The notes beneath the pieces are model-generated. The model was not told where the DNA came from and searched no databases. It saw nothing but the letters and a program-made list of their open reading frames with translations. Below are positions 24,601 through 32,323 of a DNA stretch of 64,000 bases, one piece after another. Position 1 is the stretch's first letter. Each line of letters opens with the position of its first letter. The stretch spans positions 82,274,001-82,338,000 of the forward strand of contig NC_083232.1 in NCBI RefSeq assembly GCF_032191835.1, given 5' to 3'. Source of the stretch: Heteronotia binoei (lineage: Eukaryota). Position numbers and translations under genes: made by a program.

Positions 24601-27600
24601 CACGGTCTCTCTAGTCGTCTGAGCCCTTGCTTCAGCTGGCGTAACTCCAAGGTATACCATGGTGCCAGCCTCTTGCGAGGGCGCAGAGGGCGCCGAGGTG
24701 CAATTTCATCGATAGCCCTGGATAGCTGGCTCTGCCAGACTTCCACCAGGTCATCGAGGGAATTGCCAGTGGGCCAGGAATCCCTCAGGGCTGTTTGGAA
24801 CCGTTCCGGGTCCATCAAGCCCCGGGGGCAAGCCAAAATAGGCTCTCCGCCCATACAGGGTTGGGGCAACGTCTCCATACGGGCCTTAAGGGCTAGGTGA
24901 TCCGACCATGGAACCGCTTCAGCTGCGATATCGTTCACCAAAATCCTGGATGCAAAGATCAGGTCTAATGTGTGCCCGGCCTGATGCGTGGGAGTTGTGA
25001 CAAATTGAGTGAGCCCCAGTGTCACCATGGAAGACACTAGGTCCATCGCCTGAGTGGAGGCCGTGTCATCGGCATGGACATTGAAGTCACCCAGGACCAT
25101 AAGCCCCGGGAACTCCAATGCCCAGCCTGCCACTGCCTCCAATAGTGATGGTAAGGCGCTGGCTGGTGCGCTGGGCGAACGGTACACTAGCCAGATCGCC
25201 AACCCCTCTCCAACATCCCACGTCAGGCCGGCACATTCAATGCCATCGATCCTTGGAGCCAGGAGAGCCCGAAAGGTGTAATCCTCCCGTATGAACAACG
25301 CTACCCCTCCCCCCCGCCCATTGTTCCGCGACTGGTGAAAGACCGAGTAGCCTGGGGGGGTCATCTGGGAGAGAGCTACTGTCTCTCCGTCCCGCACCCA
25401 GGTCTCGGTCATGCAAGCCAGGTCCACATCCTGTTGGAGTAGGAACTCGAGGGTCGAGGTCTTGTTGTTGATGGACCTGGCGTTGCATAACACCAGTGAC
25501 GGAGACAGGCATTTCCTCTTGGTCCCACTACCTACCACCGTTGGGATGGGAAGTAGACTGGAAGGTGGCCGAGCACCATTTTGTCTCTGTCTCCTTCTCT
25601 TGTGTATCTGTCTATTCCGTCATATCTTCCCCTCCCCAGGAGCACTGGAATCCCTTGGGCAGGCATCCGCACTTGTCTGGATAGCTCACAGTATAACCTC
25701 TCGCGATTGATCTCCTAATCTATCCCTACCTGTCGTTTAACTTATCCCTCCCCTACCAACTCCTCCTATTCTTAGCTGCTAACTCACTAATTACATCTTA
25801 ATTTAATTAATTTAATAACCCAACCCAATCTCCCCTTCTGATCAATTAATAAGAAATTATAAATTCAATCGATTCCAGCAGTTAATAAATAAATAAATAC
25901 TCCCTCCCACCATTCCTAGTTACTGTGCTAAAATTTGTAAATATAGATATATATAAATTAATATATAAATATATTATACATAATCAATCATTAATTAATT
26001 GACTAAAATCAAATAAATTAATTAATAACAGTTTTAGTGAAATTCATTAGCGGTTAGCAGTCAGTTGGTTCCTAGTTTATAAGTCCAGATAATCAGTAGA
26101 GGGTGGTAGTATATATTGTCAATGGGGTGCAGATGCTAAAGTCATAGGTTAGTCTTGGGTGCTGATAAAGTGCAAGTGCCAGTGCAGTTGGTGTGTAAAT
26201 ACATTCCTCTTTCCCAGTCCCTTGTGGCTTGACACACTCCTGGGCTCCCCTGAACCCCGCACAGGGCTTCTCTGTCGGGGAGTATCCAGGCCGTTGGGTC
26301 AGCCCCTCTAGATAGCGTCCGTGGATGGAAAAGGTGGTGGGGAGATCAAGCTAGCCTGGGCCATCCAGGCCAGGGCGTTGGGAATAGTTATGCTAATAGA
26401 CAGCACAACCCAGCTCTAAGTGGGACAGAATTTTACGGCTCTTATTTATATCCCACCTTGAATTTCTTTCAATAAAAACATGGGCTGTAGGGGAATAATG
26501 GAAGAGACTTTGGGGACCTTGTTGCCTTTCCCCCTCCCTTTCCTGAAAAATAAGGTGGCCACTGATTGATAGTTGAGTTAGAAACTGGGCACAGGCTGAT
26601 AAATGGAAAAGACTTGTTCATTCTTCTAAGCTCCCTCTCCACCCCCATTTATGGAAAGGCTGGCCATTTAATGGAGTCTCAGTGGGAGGGGCTAAATAGC
26701 AGTTGCCTAATGGGAAAGGTCCACTGCAGAATAGACAGCATAATTTCAGCTCATTTGAGGATGGTGGCAAACAGTGAATTGTTCTTTAAGGAAGCCAGCG
26801 GGCTATCTGTGGGACAGACAAGGATATACTGGTGAATTCCTTGAATATTCATAGGATTGTTTTCACTCTTCCTTCTAAGGTGCATGTCTGTCCCTATTTT
26901 TATGAGAACAGTTTTCAAAAAGGCTTTCAAGCTACAGTCCAATGAAGCTGTGCAAGGCATGGAAGAAACATCTGAACAAAGCCCACAGGAGGCCTCCAAG
27001 ATGGCAGACATGGACGGCAGTGGAGCCATCTTGCAAAACACTGGACTTGATTGGGAATCTTGGAGCCCCGACATCCTAGAAAGTCTCCCTGACCCAGGTT
27101 TCCTAGCTTCACTGAGTGAGGCCATGGATATCACTTTTGCGGAGCCACTGGATGACAGGACAGAAGCAAACTCTTCCTCATCAAGTCTCCCACCGCTGGA
27201 GCCACTGGATGACAGGTCAGAAGCAAACTCTTCCTCATCAAGTCTCCCGCCGCTGGAGCCACTGGATGACAGGACAGAAGCAAACTCTTCCTCATCAAGT
27301 CTCCCGCCGCTGGAGCCACTGGATGACAGGACAGAAGCAAACTCTTCCTCATCAAGTCTCCCGCCGTTGGAGCCAATGGATGACAGGACAGAAGCAAACT
27401 CTTCCTCATCAAGTCTCCCGCCGCTGGAGCCACTGGATGACAGGACAGAAGCAAACTCTTCCGCATCAAGTCTCCCACCGTTGGAGTCACTGGATGACAG
27501 GTCAGAAGCAAACTCTTCCGCATCAAGTCTCCCACCGTTGGAGCCACTGGATGACAGGACAGAAGCAAACTCTTCCGCATCAAGTCTCCCGCCGTTGGAG

Positions 27601-28374
27601 CCACTGGATGACAGGACAGAAGCAAACTCTTCCGCATCAAGTCTCCCGCCGCTGGAGCCACTGGATGACAGGTCAGAAGCAAACTCTTCCGCATCAAGTC
27701 TCCCGCCGCTGGAGCCACTGGATGACAGGTCAGAAGGAAACTCTTCCGCATCAAGTCTCCCGCCGCTGGAGCCACTGGATGACAGGTCAGAAGGAAACTC
27801 TTCCGCATCAAGTCTCCCGCCGCTGGAGCCACTGGATGACAGGTCAGAAGCAAACTCTTCCGCATCAAGTCTCCCGCCGCTGGAGCCACTGGATGACAGG
27901 TCAGAAGCAAACTCTTCCGCATCAAGTCTCCCGCCGCTGGAGCCACTGGATGACAGGTCAGAAGCAAACTCTTCCGCATCAAGTCTCCCGCCCTTGGAGC
28001 CACTGGATGACAGGTCAGAAGCAAACTCTTCCGCATCAAGTCTCCCGCCCTTGGAGCCACTGGATGACAGGTCAGAAGCAAACTCTTCCGCATCAAGTCT
28101 CCCGCCGTTGGAGCCACTGGATGACAGGTCAGAAGCAAACTCTTCCGCATCAAGTCTCCCGCCGTTGGAGCCACTGGATGACAGGTCAGAAGCAAACTCT
28201 TCCGCATCAAGTCTCCCGCCGTTGGAGCCACTGGATGACAGGTCAGAAGCAAACTCTTCCGCATCAAGTCTCCCGCCGTTGGAGCCACTGGATGACAGGT
28301 CAGAAGCAAACTCTTCCTCATCAAGTCTCCCACCGCTGGAGCCACTGGATGACAGGACAGAAGCAAACATTTAA
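584..28374 (+). CDS. MED1-like protein (divergent Mediator subunit 1 paralog), 5'-partial; 14 coding exons, 2741 nt, ~913 aa in window
   Basis: 14 exons with AG acceptors and GT donors (one GC) join in one open frame with matching phases. Translation aligns colinearly with recalled MED1 N-terminal motifs (YITTEMFYIEIQL~YITSDMFYVEVQL; KVFLALQSLE~KMYLALQSLE; KILHGKIGYL~KILHGSVGYL; ACFFLKF; LRHQAAYNTLVSSC~IRHQVAYNTLIGSC; LLHFEVCP~LLQFEVCP; RCMSVPIFMR~RCMSIPVTMR). Confidence 0.9.
2736..2868 (+). CDS. MED1-like exon (133 bp): LNCHTSPNGTAFYITTEMFYIEIQLKADGEPIEIKLAHPGESPQ
   Basis: Polypyrimidine tract + ttag| acceptor, CAG|gtaatg donor; about half of residues identical to recalled MED1 segment. Confidence 0.92.
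4396..4424 (+). CDS. MED1-like exon (29 bp): NCEDLLQVLR
   Basis: ctag|AACTG...CTAAG|gtatgt; aligns to MED1 SCPELVQQLR; phase fits neighbours. Confidence 0.82.
4813..4884 (+). CDS. MED1-like exon (72 bp): KKDYDTFGKILEELLSIYQIPGS
   Basis: taaag| acceptor, GCAG|gttagt donor; aligns to EKNFDEFSKHLKGLVNLYNLPGD. Confidence 0.85.
4961..5035 (+). CDS. MED1-like exon (75 bp): KTKAKVFLALQSLERDITSLSLLPR
   Basis: gctag| acceptor after a 76-bp intron, CCAG|gtgagt donor; LALQSLE motif. Confidence 0.9.
7914..7984 (+). CDS. MED1-like exon (71 bp): ALDTERTTKILHGKIGYLRPRTA
   Basis: acag| acceptor, GCAG|gtacgt donor; KILHG.(V/I)GYL.PR motif. Confidence 0.9.
8382..8788. mobile_element. hAT-like MITE with CAGGGGTGGCCAAA TIRs and internal short tandem repeats
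   Basis: caggggtggccaaa ... tttggccacccctg; TSD not preserved. Confidence 0.75.
9336..9401 (+). CDS. MED1-like exon (66 bp): TPMSLEFYLSPMQILEEQLTP
   Basis: tgtag| acceptor, CCAG|gtaatt donor; aligns to HLMNLKYYVSPSDLL. Confidence 0.85.
9640..10150 (-). mobile_element. Older L2 3' fragment
   Basis: Similar to 3' end of the intact L2 (gcagggccctg...aggcttttgtttga); (ATTC)n tail. Confidence 0.65.
10447..10916. mobile_element. hAT MITE with TAGGGTTGCCA TIRs (shorter relatives ~743-927, 1568-1710, 3385-3558, 5408-5545, 49285-49480)
   Basis: TIR pair; TSD gatgtaac/gatgtaat (7 of 8). Confidence 0.85.
11760..11868 (+). CDS. MED1-like exon (109 bp): LQVPGMKVFVTIGGSDVAYKLPIYPLIGNSLTETD
   Basis: catcag| acceptor, ATAG|gtaaga donor; aligns to GMNASVTIEGTSAVYKLPIAPLI. 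Confidence 0.88.
13064..13255. mobile_element. hAT MITE (CAGGGGTCCCCAAC-type TIR)
   Basis: TIRs cagaggtccccaac / gttggggaccactg; perfect 8-bp TSD ATTTAGAT; related copy ~62861-63105. Confidence 0.9.
13358..13482 (+). CDS. MED1-like exon (125 bp): QPVFLPLTAKLCMKFSACFFLKFHPPFPVSSSNIEKLQKLT; GC donor
   Basis: ttccag| acceptor; ACFFLKF.P.PVS motif; the only frame-preserving donor is ACAG|gcaaac. Confidence 0.85.
14930..15147 (-). mobile_element. 5S rRNA-derived SINE (others ~4125-4290, 8003-8201, 13690-13790, 30700-30815, 44330-44525; two copies split by LINEs)
   Basis: Reverse complement reads gatctcatctgatctcagaagctaagcagggttgg...acttggatgggagacc (5S internal promoter region) plus an aaggcaatg.caa tail like Sauria SINE. 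Confidence 0.85.
15188..15358. mobile_element. Fully palindromic hAT MITE (others ~3172-3290, 10152-10330, 14640-14900, 20200-20330, 21160-21290, 43191-43359, 52777-52950, 63630-63700)
   Basis: Arms gcaggagct..tttgcatattaggccac / gtggcctaatatgcaaa..cctgc; TSD agcttggc/ggcttggc. Confidence 0.85.
15970..16079 (+). CDS. MED1-like exon (110 bp): IAIDGLNLAPLHELIVQHALSEKHKYNPAVNNFFVV
   Basis: tttcag| acceptor, GTG|gtgagt donor; aligns to APLYELITQFELS. Confidence 0.85.
17958..18153 (+). CDS. MED1-like exon (196 bp): CLPDCPKHCYYINNG...LRHQAAYNTLVSSCISGIANSE
   Basis: cttcag| acceptor, GAAG|gtataa donor; HCY and RHQ.AYNTL..SC motifs. Confidence 0.92.
18632..19000 (-). mobile_element. CR1 ORF1 (zinc finger/leucine zipper) fragment
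   Basis: YPVYC.E...WVCARCKDLLVLREQVHTHEAKVADLEK, typical of reptile CR1 ORF1 N-terminus. Confidence 0.7.
19619..19714 (+). CDS. MED1-like exon (96 bp): SSELLHFEVCPVKANSFSVTFQQPGEENLAC
   Basis: ttccag| acceptor (in-frame alternative at 19628), TGTG|gtatgt donor; LL.FEVCP...FSV.FQ.P motif. Confidence 0.9.
20074..20182 (+). CDS. MED1-like exon (109 bp): LIDVPSSKEVICTLYTLSKDKVLNGIEEFFNRVLKR
   Basis: gttcag| acceptor, AGCG|gtaagt donor; aligns to VMDVQDSTHVSCKLY...FIAKVVQR. Confidence 0.88.
20545..20710. mobile_element. Palindromic Penelope-terminus derivative with degenerate hammerhead core at 20612-20641 (others ~19270-19335, 37170-37230, 53000-53215)
   Basis: gagtccag..gcacctttaagaccaacaaa arm in both orientations; ctgaagaagtgagcatgcacgtgaaagctt. 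Confidence 0.7.
21529..21788 (+). mobile_element. Squam3-like tRNA SINE with internal ~52-bp duplication (others ~11300-11500 -, 43005-43410 +, 45020-45245 -, 55600-55700 +)
   Basis: A-box tagctcaatggtagagc-like head, B-box ggttcaatcc present twice, tail ggcagcttcatatgttca. Confidence 0.8.
21795..21992 (+). mobile_element. CR1-type 3' tail fragment (others ~8990-9180 -, 14140-14360 +, 36270-36365 +, 48525-48725 -, 51950-52150 -)
   Basis: ggactggatgggccactggcctgatccaatatggcttctcttatgttctta terminus repeated across copies. Confidence 0.7.
22490..26341 (-). mobile_element. L2-clade LINE, near full length, in the last intron of the MED1-like gene (antisense)
   Basis: 946-aa ORF2; (TACAT)n tail at ~22490-22510; 3' end gggagggcgggatataaat; ~670-bp 5' region; splits a 5S-derived SINE with short GAGAT duplication. 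Confidence 0.93.
22698..25538 (-). CDS. L2 ORF2: APE endonuclease + reverse transcriptase
   Basis: EN motifs CNARS, TETW, GDFN, TLDL, SDH; RT motifs YRPVSNL, QSGFR, DLSAAFD, GVPQG, YADD; L2-type C-terminus LHWLP...AFSVAAPQLWN.LP. Confidence 0.95.
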   Translation of the reverse strand: MVGSGTKRKCLSPSLVLCNARSINNKTSTLEFLLQQDVDLACMTETWVRDGETVALSQMTPPGYSVFHQSRNNGRGGGVALFIREDYTFRALLAPRIDGIECAGLTWDVGEGLAIWLVYRSPSAPASALPSLLEAVAGWALEFPGLMVLGDFNVHADDTASTQAMDLVSSMVTLGLTQFVTTPTHQAGHTLDLIFASRILVNDIAAEAVPWSDHLALKARMETLPQPCMGGEPILACPRGLMDPERFQTALRDSWPTGNSLDDLVEVWQSQLSRAIDEIAPRRPLRPRKRLAPWYTLELRQLKQGLRRLERPWRHTRDEATRTSYRTLMRSYEMAVKAAKKEYFAAKIASAKSCPAQLFRVIGDLITLPQGKPNIRELEIGCEAFAKYFADKISSLRQDLPITLDTVSETEAPRRSSDLVLDHFNPLSLEEVDGILSAARPTSCDLDPFPSWLIKSCQRELRCPLRDIINRSLLEGHFPTPLKEALVRPLLKKPTADPAELANYRPVSNLPFLGKIIERAVALQLQRFLDDASVLDPCQSGFRPGHGTETVLVALVDDLQRQLDRGGAAILMLLDLSAAFDTVDHRLLIHHLADIGVEGLALQWLSSFLMGRGQRVAIGGERSQRHTLDCGVPQGAVLSPMLFNIYMRPLAQIARRFGLGCHQYADDTQLYLLMDGRPASAPGNLDRALQAVATWLRLSGLKLNPAKTEVLHVGRGILGKEISLPAFDGAPLKTAQWVKSLGVLLEPSLSMEAQITATAKSAFFHLRRVRQLAPFLEHQDLAMVIHATVTSRLDYCNTLYMGLPLYRTRELQLVQNAAARLLLGLPRWEHIRPGLRGLHWLPIVYRIQYKVLVITFKALYGQGPTYLRDRLSPYEPQRALRSVGKSRLNIPGPKEVKLQSTRTRAFSVAAPQLWNKLPEEVRALRNVDQFRRACKTALFKQAFTNN
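26880..28374 (+). CDS. MED1-like terminal exon (1495 bp): CMSVPIFMRTVFKKAFKLQ..., acidic linker, 19-aa repeat array, stop
   Basis: ctaag|G TGC ATG acceptor completes Arg codon CG|G; start matches MED1 RCMSIPVTMRAIRRKA; open to TAA 28372-28374; AATAAA at 28595-28600. Confidence 0.88.
27142..28368 (+). repeat. Coding minisatellite, 57-bp unit x ~21.5 (EPLDDR[S/T]EANSS[A/S]SSLPPL)
   Basis: 1227 bp = 21 x 57 + 30; units differ by only a few substitutions. Confidence 0.98.
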
Positions 28375-28594
28375 TCAAGTAGCCTGCCGGTGTCCTCTTG
28401 TGAAATGGAAGAGCTTCTGCTTTTTACTAGTGAGGATTCTTAAGGGACAAGGTGGACGAAGGCACCACGGATGAGTCACAGACTTCACCCAACAGCCCAG
28501 AAAGAAAGGAAATCTAAAGGAGATGGCAGTGGGAAGTCCTAGTGTCTTTAAGCCTAATTTTTATCTTCTAATACTTGATGATGATTAAAATTAC

Positions 28595-28600
28595 AATAAA
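28595..28600 (+). terminator. Candidate polyadenylation signal of MED1-like gene
   Basis: AATAAA ~220 nt after the stop, followed by a GT/T-rich tract; ATTAAA at 28584-28589. Confidence 0.45.
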
Positions 28601-30083
28601 GGGGTTTTGTTTTTCTTCACAGGAGTTCTTAGGTTAATTTTGTACCTCAGCAACATACTCGTCTAGACTTCTGACAACATAATGTAGGGAGAGGAAACCT
28701 GTGAGAAGTTGCAGGGCATAGGAAATCCTATTCTCCCCCCCCCCCCCATACACACACACGCATACACACACTGCTGCTGCGCCTCTGCTGTCTCGCCTAT
28801 GGCCTTGGCTGGCTGGCATCAGCTCTCACTGTCTTTGTCTCCACTTTCTCCATTCCTTCTGGCACTACCTCCTTTCCTTTTCCCCACCTCAAAGCCCACT
28901 TTCTTTTCTTTCCCCACTTCTCTGCTCGTTTCCCGCCCCCTCACCTCCCAGTTGTATCCATGGCCAAGATCATGTTGGGTCCATTTTCCTTTTACAGCAT
29001 CTCTGCATTCACAAACATTGCTACCACCATTTGGGGGAGGGAGTTTAAATACTCTTTATTATTTGTGGGAAGGTAAACACTCAGTCCAACTAAACTTTGC
29101 AGTAGAGACTGTAGGCAGGAGTAACTGTCTAAGGTGCTTGACCAAGGTACAGCAAGATAGAAAAGGAGGTTCTTTGTAGTTGTGCAGCTAAAGCTTTTTA
29201 TTGAGCTGTATAAAATTTTGAAGTGTTAATGTATCAGGTGAAAAAGAAGTGGGCTTCTGCAGAGTCCAATCTAGTTCCTGTTTTGTACTGCAGAAGAGTG
29301 TAAACTAAAGGTGCATTCACACAGTGACTGTTTGCACGTGGATTTACTACTCTTACACAGTAAAATCCCGTTGAAAAGCATGTTATTTAGTGTGTGTGAA
29401 CACAACCTAAGACTCTTGACTGGATCATGAACCAATAGCTTTGTTTGAGGGATTCAGTTCGTATCCAGTTCATTTACACACACACACACACAGGGAGAGG
29501 GAGAGGGAGGGAGAGACTCTGACTATGTGTTTCTCCATCTGCAGACAAGGTCAGTAAAGTTCTTCCTGAAGTCTCCAGAAATTTATTTCCTGAAACCTCT
29601 CTAGCACCTAACACCACCAAATCTCTGCTCCCTGCTTGAAGTGGGGGCTGGCCCATCCAATTGTCTCTACCTAGACCTATTAGCATTAGTTAAGAGGGAG
29701 CTGAGTCTGAAAAGCCACTGATCATCTTTTCCTCCTTGCCTGTTTTCTGCCCACAGGAAAAAACCTTTTAAAACTCAGAGTGAAGGCTTTGCTCATTTCA
29801 AACATCCAAAAGAAAAAATGCATTGTTTCAAATGCTATATAAACAATCTGTACCAAAGCATGTAGGTGCCACAAAATACTTTCACAATTTCATATGCGGC
29901 ATATGCTGTTTACAAGTATTGCTTCAGAAGGTAGCCATGTTGGTTTGTACCAGGAGAGCTAGATTCCAGTCCAGTAGCACAGTAAAACTAACAAGATTCA
30001 AAAGTCAAAGCTCCATCTGTCTTGTTAGTATCCAAAGTACAGTACTACTGGACTTGAAGCAAGCTCTAAAGAAGCATGTAGAT

Positions 30084-30565
30084 CACCAGTCCCCAACCTT
30101 TTTGGCACCAGGGACCGGTTTTGTGGAAGACGCTTTTTCCACGGACCAGGGTGTGGGGAGGGGATGGTTTCTGGATGATACAATTGTGCACTTTATTTTG
30201 GTGTGGTTAAGTGTGAGGACTCTTATCTGGGGGAACCAAGTTTGATTTCCCACTTCTTCACTTGCGGCTGATGGGATGGCCTTGGGTCAGCCATAGGTCT
30301 AGCAGAGTTTGCCTTGAAAGGGCAGCTCCTGTAAGAGCTCTCTCAGCCTCACCCACCTCACAGGGTGTCTGCTGTGGGGGAGGATGATTAAGGCGATTGT
30401 GAACCACTCTGAAATTTGGAGTGGAGGGCAGGATATAAATCCAATGTCGTCATATTATTATTACTACATTGTAATATATAATGAAATAATTATACAACTC
30501 ACGGCCCCGTTGCTAACAGGCCACGGACCGGTACTAGTTCACAGACCAGGGGTTGGGGACCCCTG
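30084..30565. mobile_element. Same hAT MITE family carrying an internal SINE
   Basis: Perfect 8-bp TSD ATGTAGAT; SINE at ~30220-30452. Confidence 0.9.
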
Positions 30566-31902
30566 ATGTAGATGACATACAAAGCTGCTTTATGAACTAT
30601 CACATTAGCTAACTCTGTAACATTGCTCTATCTGTCTGGGGGGTGTTTCTGAATAAATGCAACTGAGAAGTTTGGAACTATGACTTTGAGAAGTTTGAGA
30701 CACTTCTCAAGGTGAGAGACTCTGGAATTCCTTAGTCTCCCATCCAAATACTAACCAGGGCCAGCCCTGCTTAGCTTCCAAGACTGGGCTGGCCTGGGCC
30801 ATCCAGGTCAGAGTGACAGGATAGGACCAAATACAGCAGGAAATACTCAGAATACAAACACAGCAAGAAAGAGGCCTCCAGTTCCATCTTAGCTGAGATG
30901 GATCCAGGGATTTGTTAGCAGCACAACTTACAGACGTAGATTTTTCCTTGCTTTCCTCCTCCATCAGTCCTTTCTGGCCCTGCCGATTTTAGCCTCTTCT
31001 CACCTGAGCCCCTCAACCTATGTGGGACCTGCAACCTTAGGCATCAAGCGTTCTGGGACTTGGCAAGACTGTTATGAGGGAGGACAACAAAAACAAAGCC
31101 ACACTCCTTGCAGCATTGGATCCACCTTCTTTTATGTACAAAAGGGAGAATGCCTCACATGGCTGCTATCCAGTTTTTCTAGCAAATCCACTAGGCAGCT
31201 GAGGGCATGTACCTTTGCTGCATTTACAAGTTTTCCAGCTGACTAAATACTGCAGGCTAAAAACTGTACATCAGAGAATGAGCAACAATACATTCTGACA
31301 ATGGGCTTTGTCAGGGACCACAGGTGCCGGGTTGCCTTGGTGTATCTATGCCAGGATCATCTGAGTGATCTTGTCTTCCCCATCTTATGCCTCCCCCTCC
31401 CTAACATCTGCCATTTGGCTGGCTAGAAATTTATGAATACATGGACACACTTCCCATCTCCCGTCTTGTGCAGATACCACAGGCCCTTATTCTGGAAAAT
31501 TCTAGACACTCTGTCTAACACTATACGCCTTGAAAAATCCTACTTTGTTCAATAAAAGTTTAGTTCCAGATGAAGGTGCAGAGCAATGCAGTCCTTGCCT
31601 TCTTACTTAGTGGTCTGGGTTAGCTCTAACATGATGGAAATTATGTTTAGCATGGAGGGTATGCATGCTGTTCTCTATGCACAAGACCTGAAAAAGGCAC
31701 TATGACTGTGCAAGACAAAGTTTTCTATTTTATAAAAGCTCAACGTTTGATTATAGCAACCATATTTGTTTTCATAAATCCCACACAATTTGGAATGTAT
31801 CCATCTTAGGGCTCAGGAATTCAGAAGTAGCTTCTGTAAAAGATTGCACTTTATTCTCCATAAATGATTCCTATTTTCTGCAATAAATTAACTTTGCAAT
31901 TC

Positions 31903-32323
31903 CTAGATGTGTTCAGGTGGGCTTGGAGGCAAGCCTAATTGTTCCATTAAACGGACAGTTCTTTCTTTCAGCCAAGAAAGGCCTGGCTTCCCAGAAGTTG
32001 TGTGTCCTTTCGATCTTCTACAACATTCACTTTGGAAAGAAGCAGTCCCACTATTTGTGCAATAGTGTCCACAAAACGGGGTACCATTTTCACCAGTTTG
32101 TTGATCTTGAGCTCTATTAGGCTGCTCCTCTGGAGAATGTGGATGACCAAGGTCCATGTCCTCAACTGTATCCAGTAAGTCCGTAAGACAGGGTTGTGAG
32201 TGCGTACAGTTAAGATCCTTAATTGTATCCTCTTCATATTTGTTTATTTCATTCAGCAAATCAGTAACTCTCTTCAGCATTGCAGAATCACGTTGGTTGT
32301 TGTGACACCAAGACAAAAGAGCA
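31903..32323 (-). CDS. YAE1: YAE1 coding exon 3: ALLSWCHNNQ...DLLDTVEDMDL...EQLGLPPSPPEHI*
   Basis: Poly-T + ag acceptor; SALLSWCH, DLLD..EDMDL and ECCR motifs as in recalled human YAE1; total CDS 660 nt = 219 aa. Confidence 0.93.

Noticed and set aside
23149-25710. Plus-strand ORFs overlapping L2 ORF2
   Set aside because: Antisense shadows of a GC-rich coding sequence.
27142-28368. Regular repeat array considered as CRISPR-like
   Set aside because: Head-to-tail units without unique spacers, in vertebrate coding DNA.
584-28374. Calling this gene MED1 itself
   Set aside because: Too divergent, lacks LxxLL boxes and the long canonical IDR, and has the wrong neighbours; symbol left blank.
26751-28474. 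Three further long ORFs over the tandem array (539 aa -, 415 aa -, 452 aa +)
   Set aside because: The 57-bp unit lacks stops in those frames; only the 26880 frame joins upstream exons and begins with MED1-like sequence.
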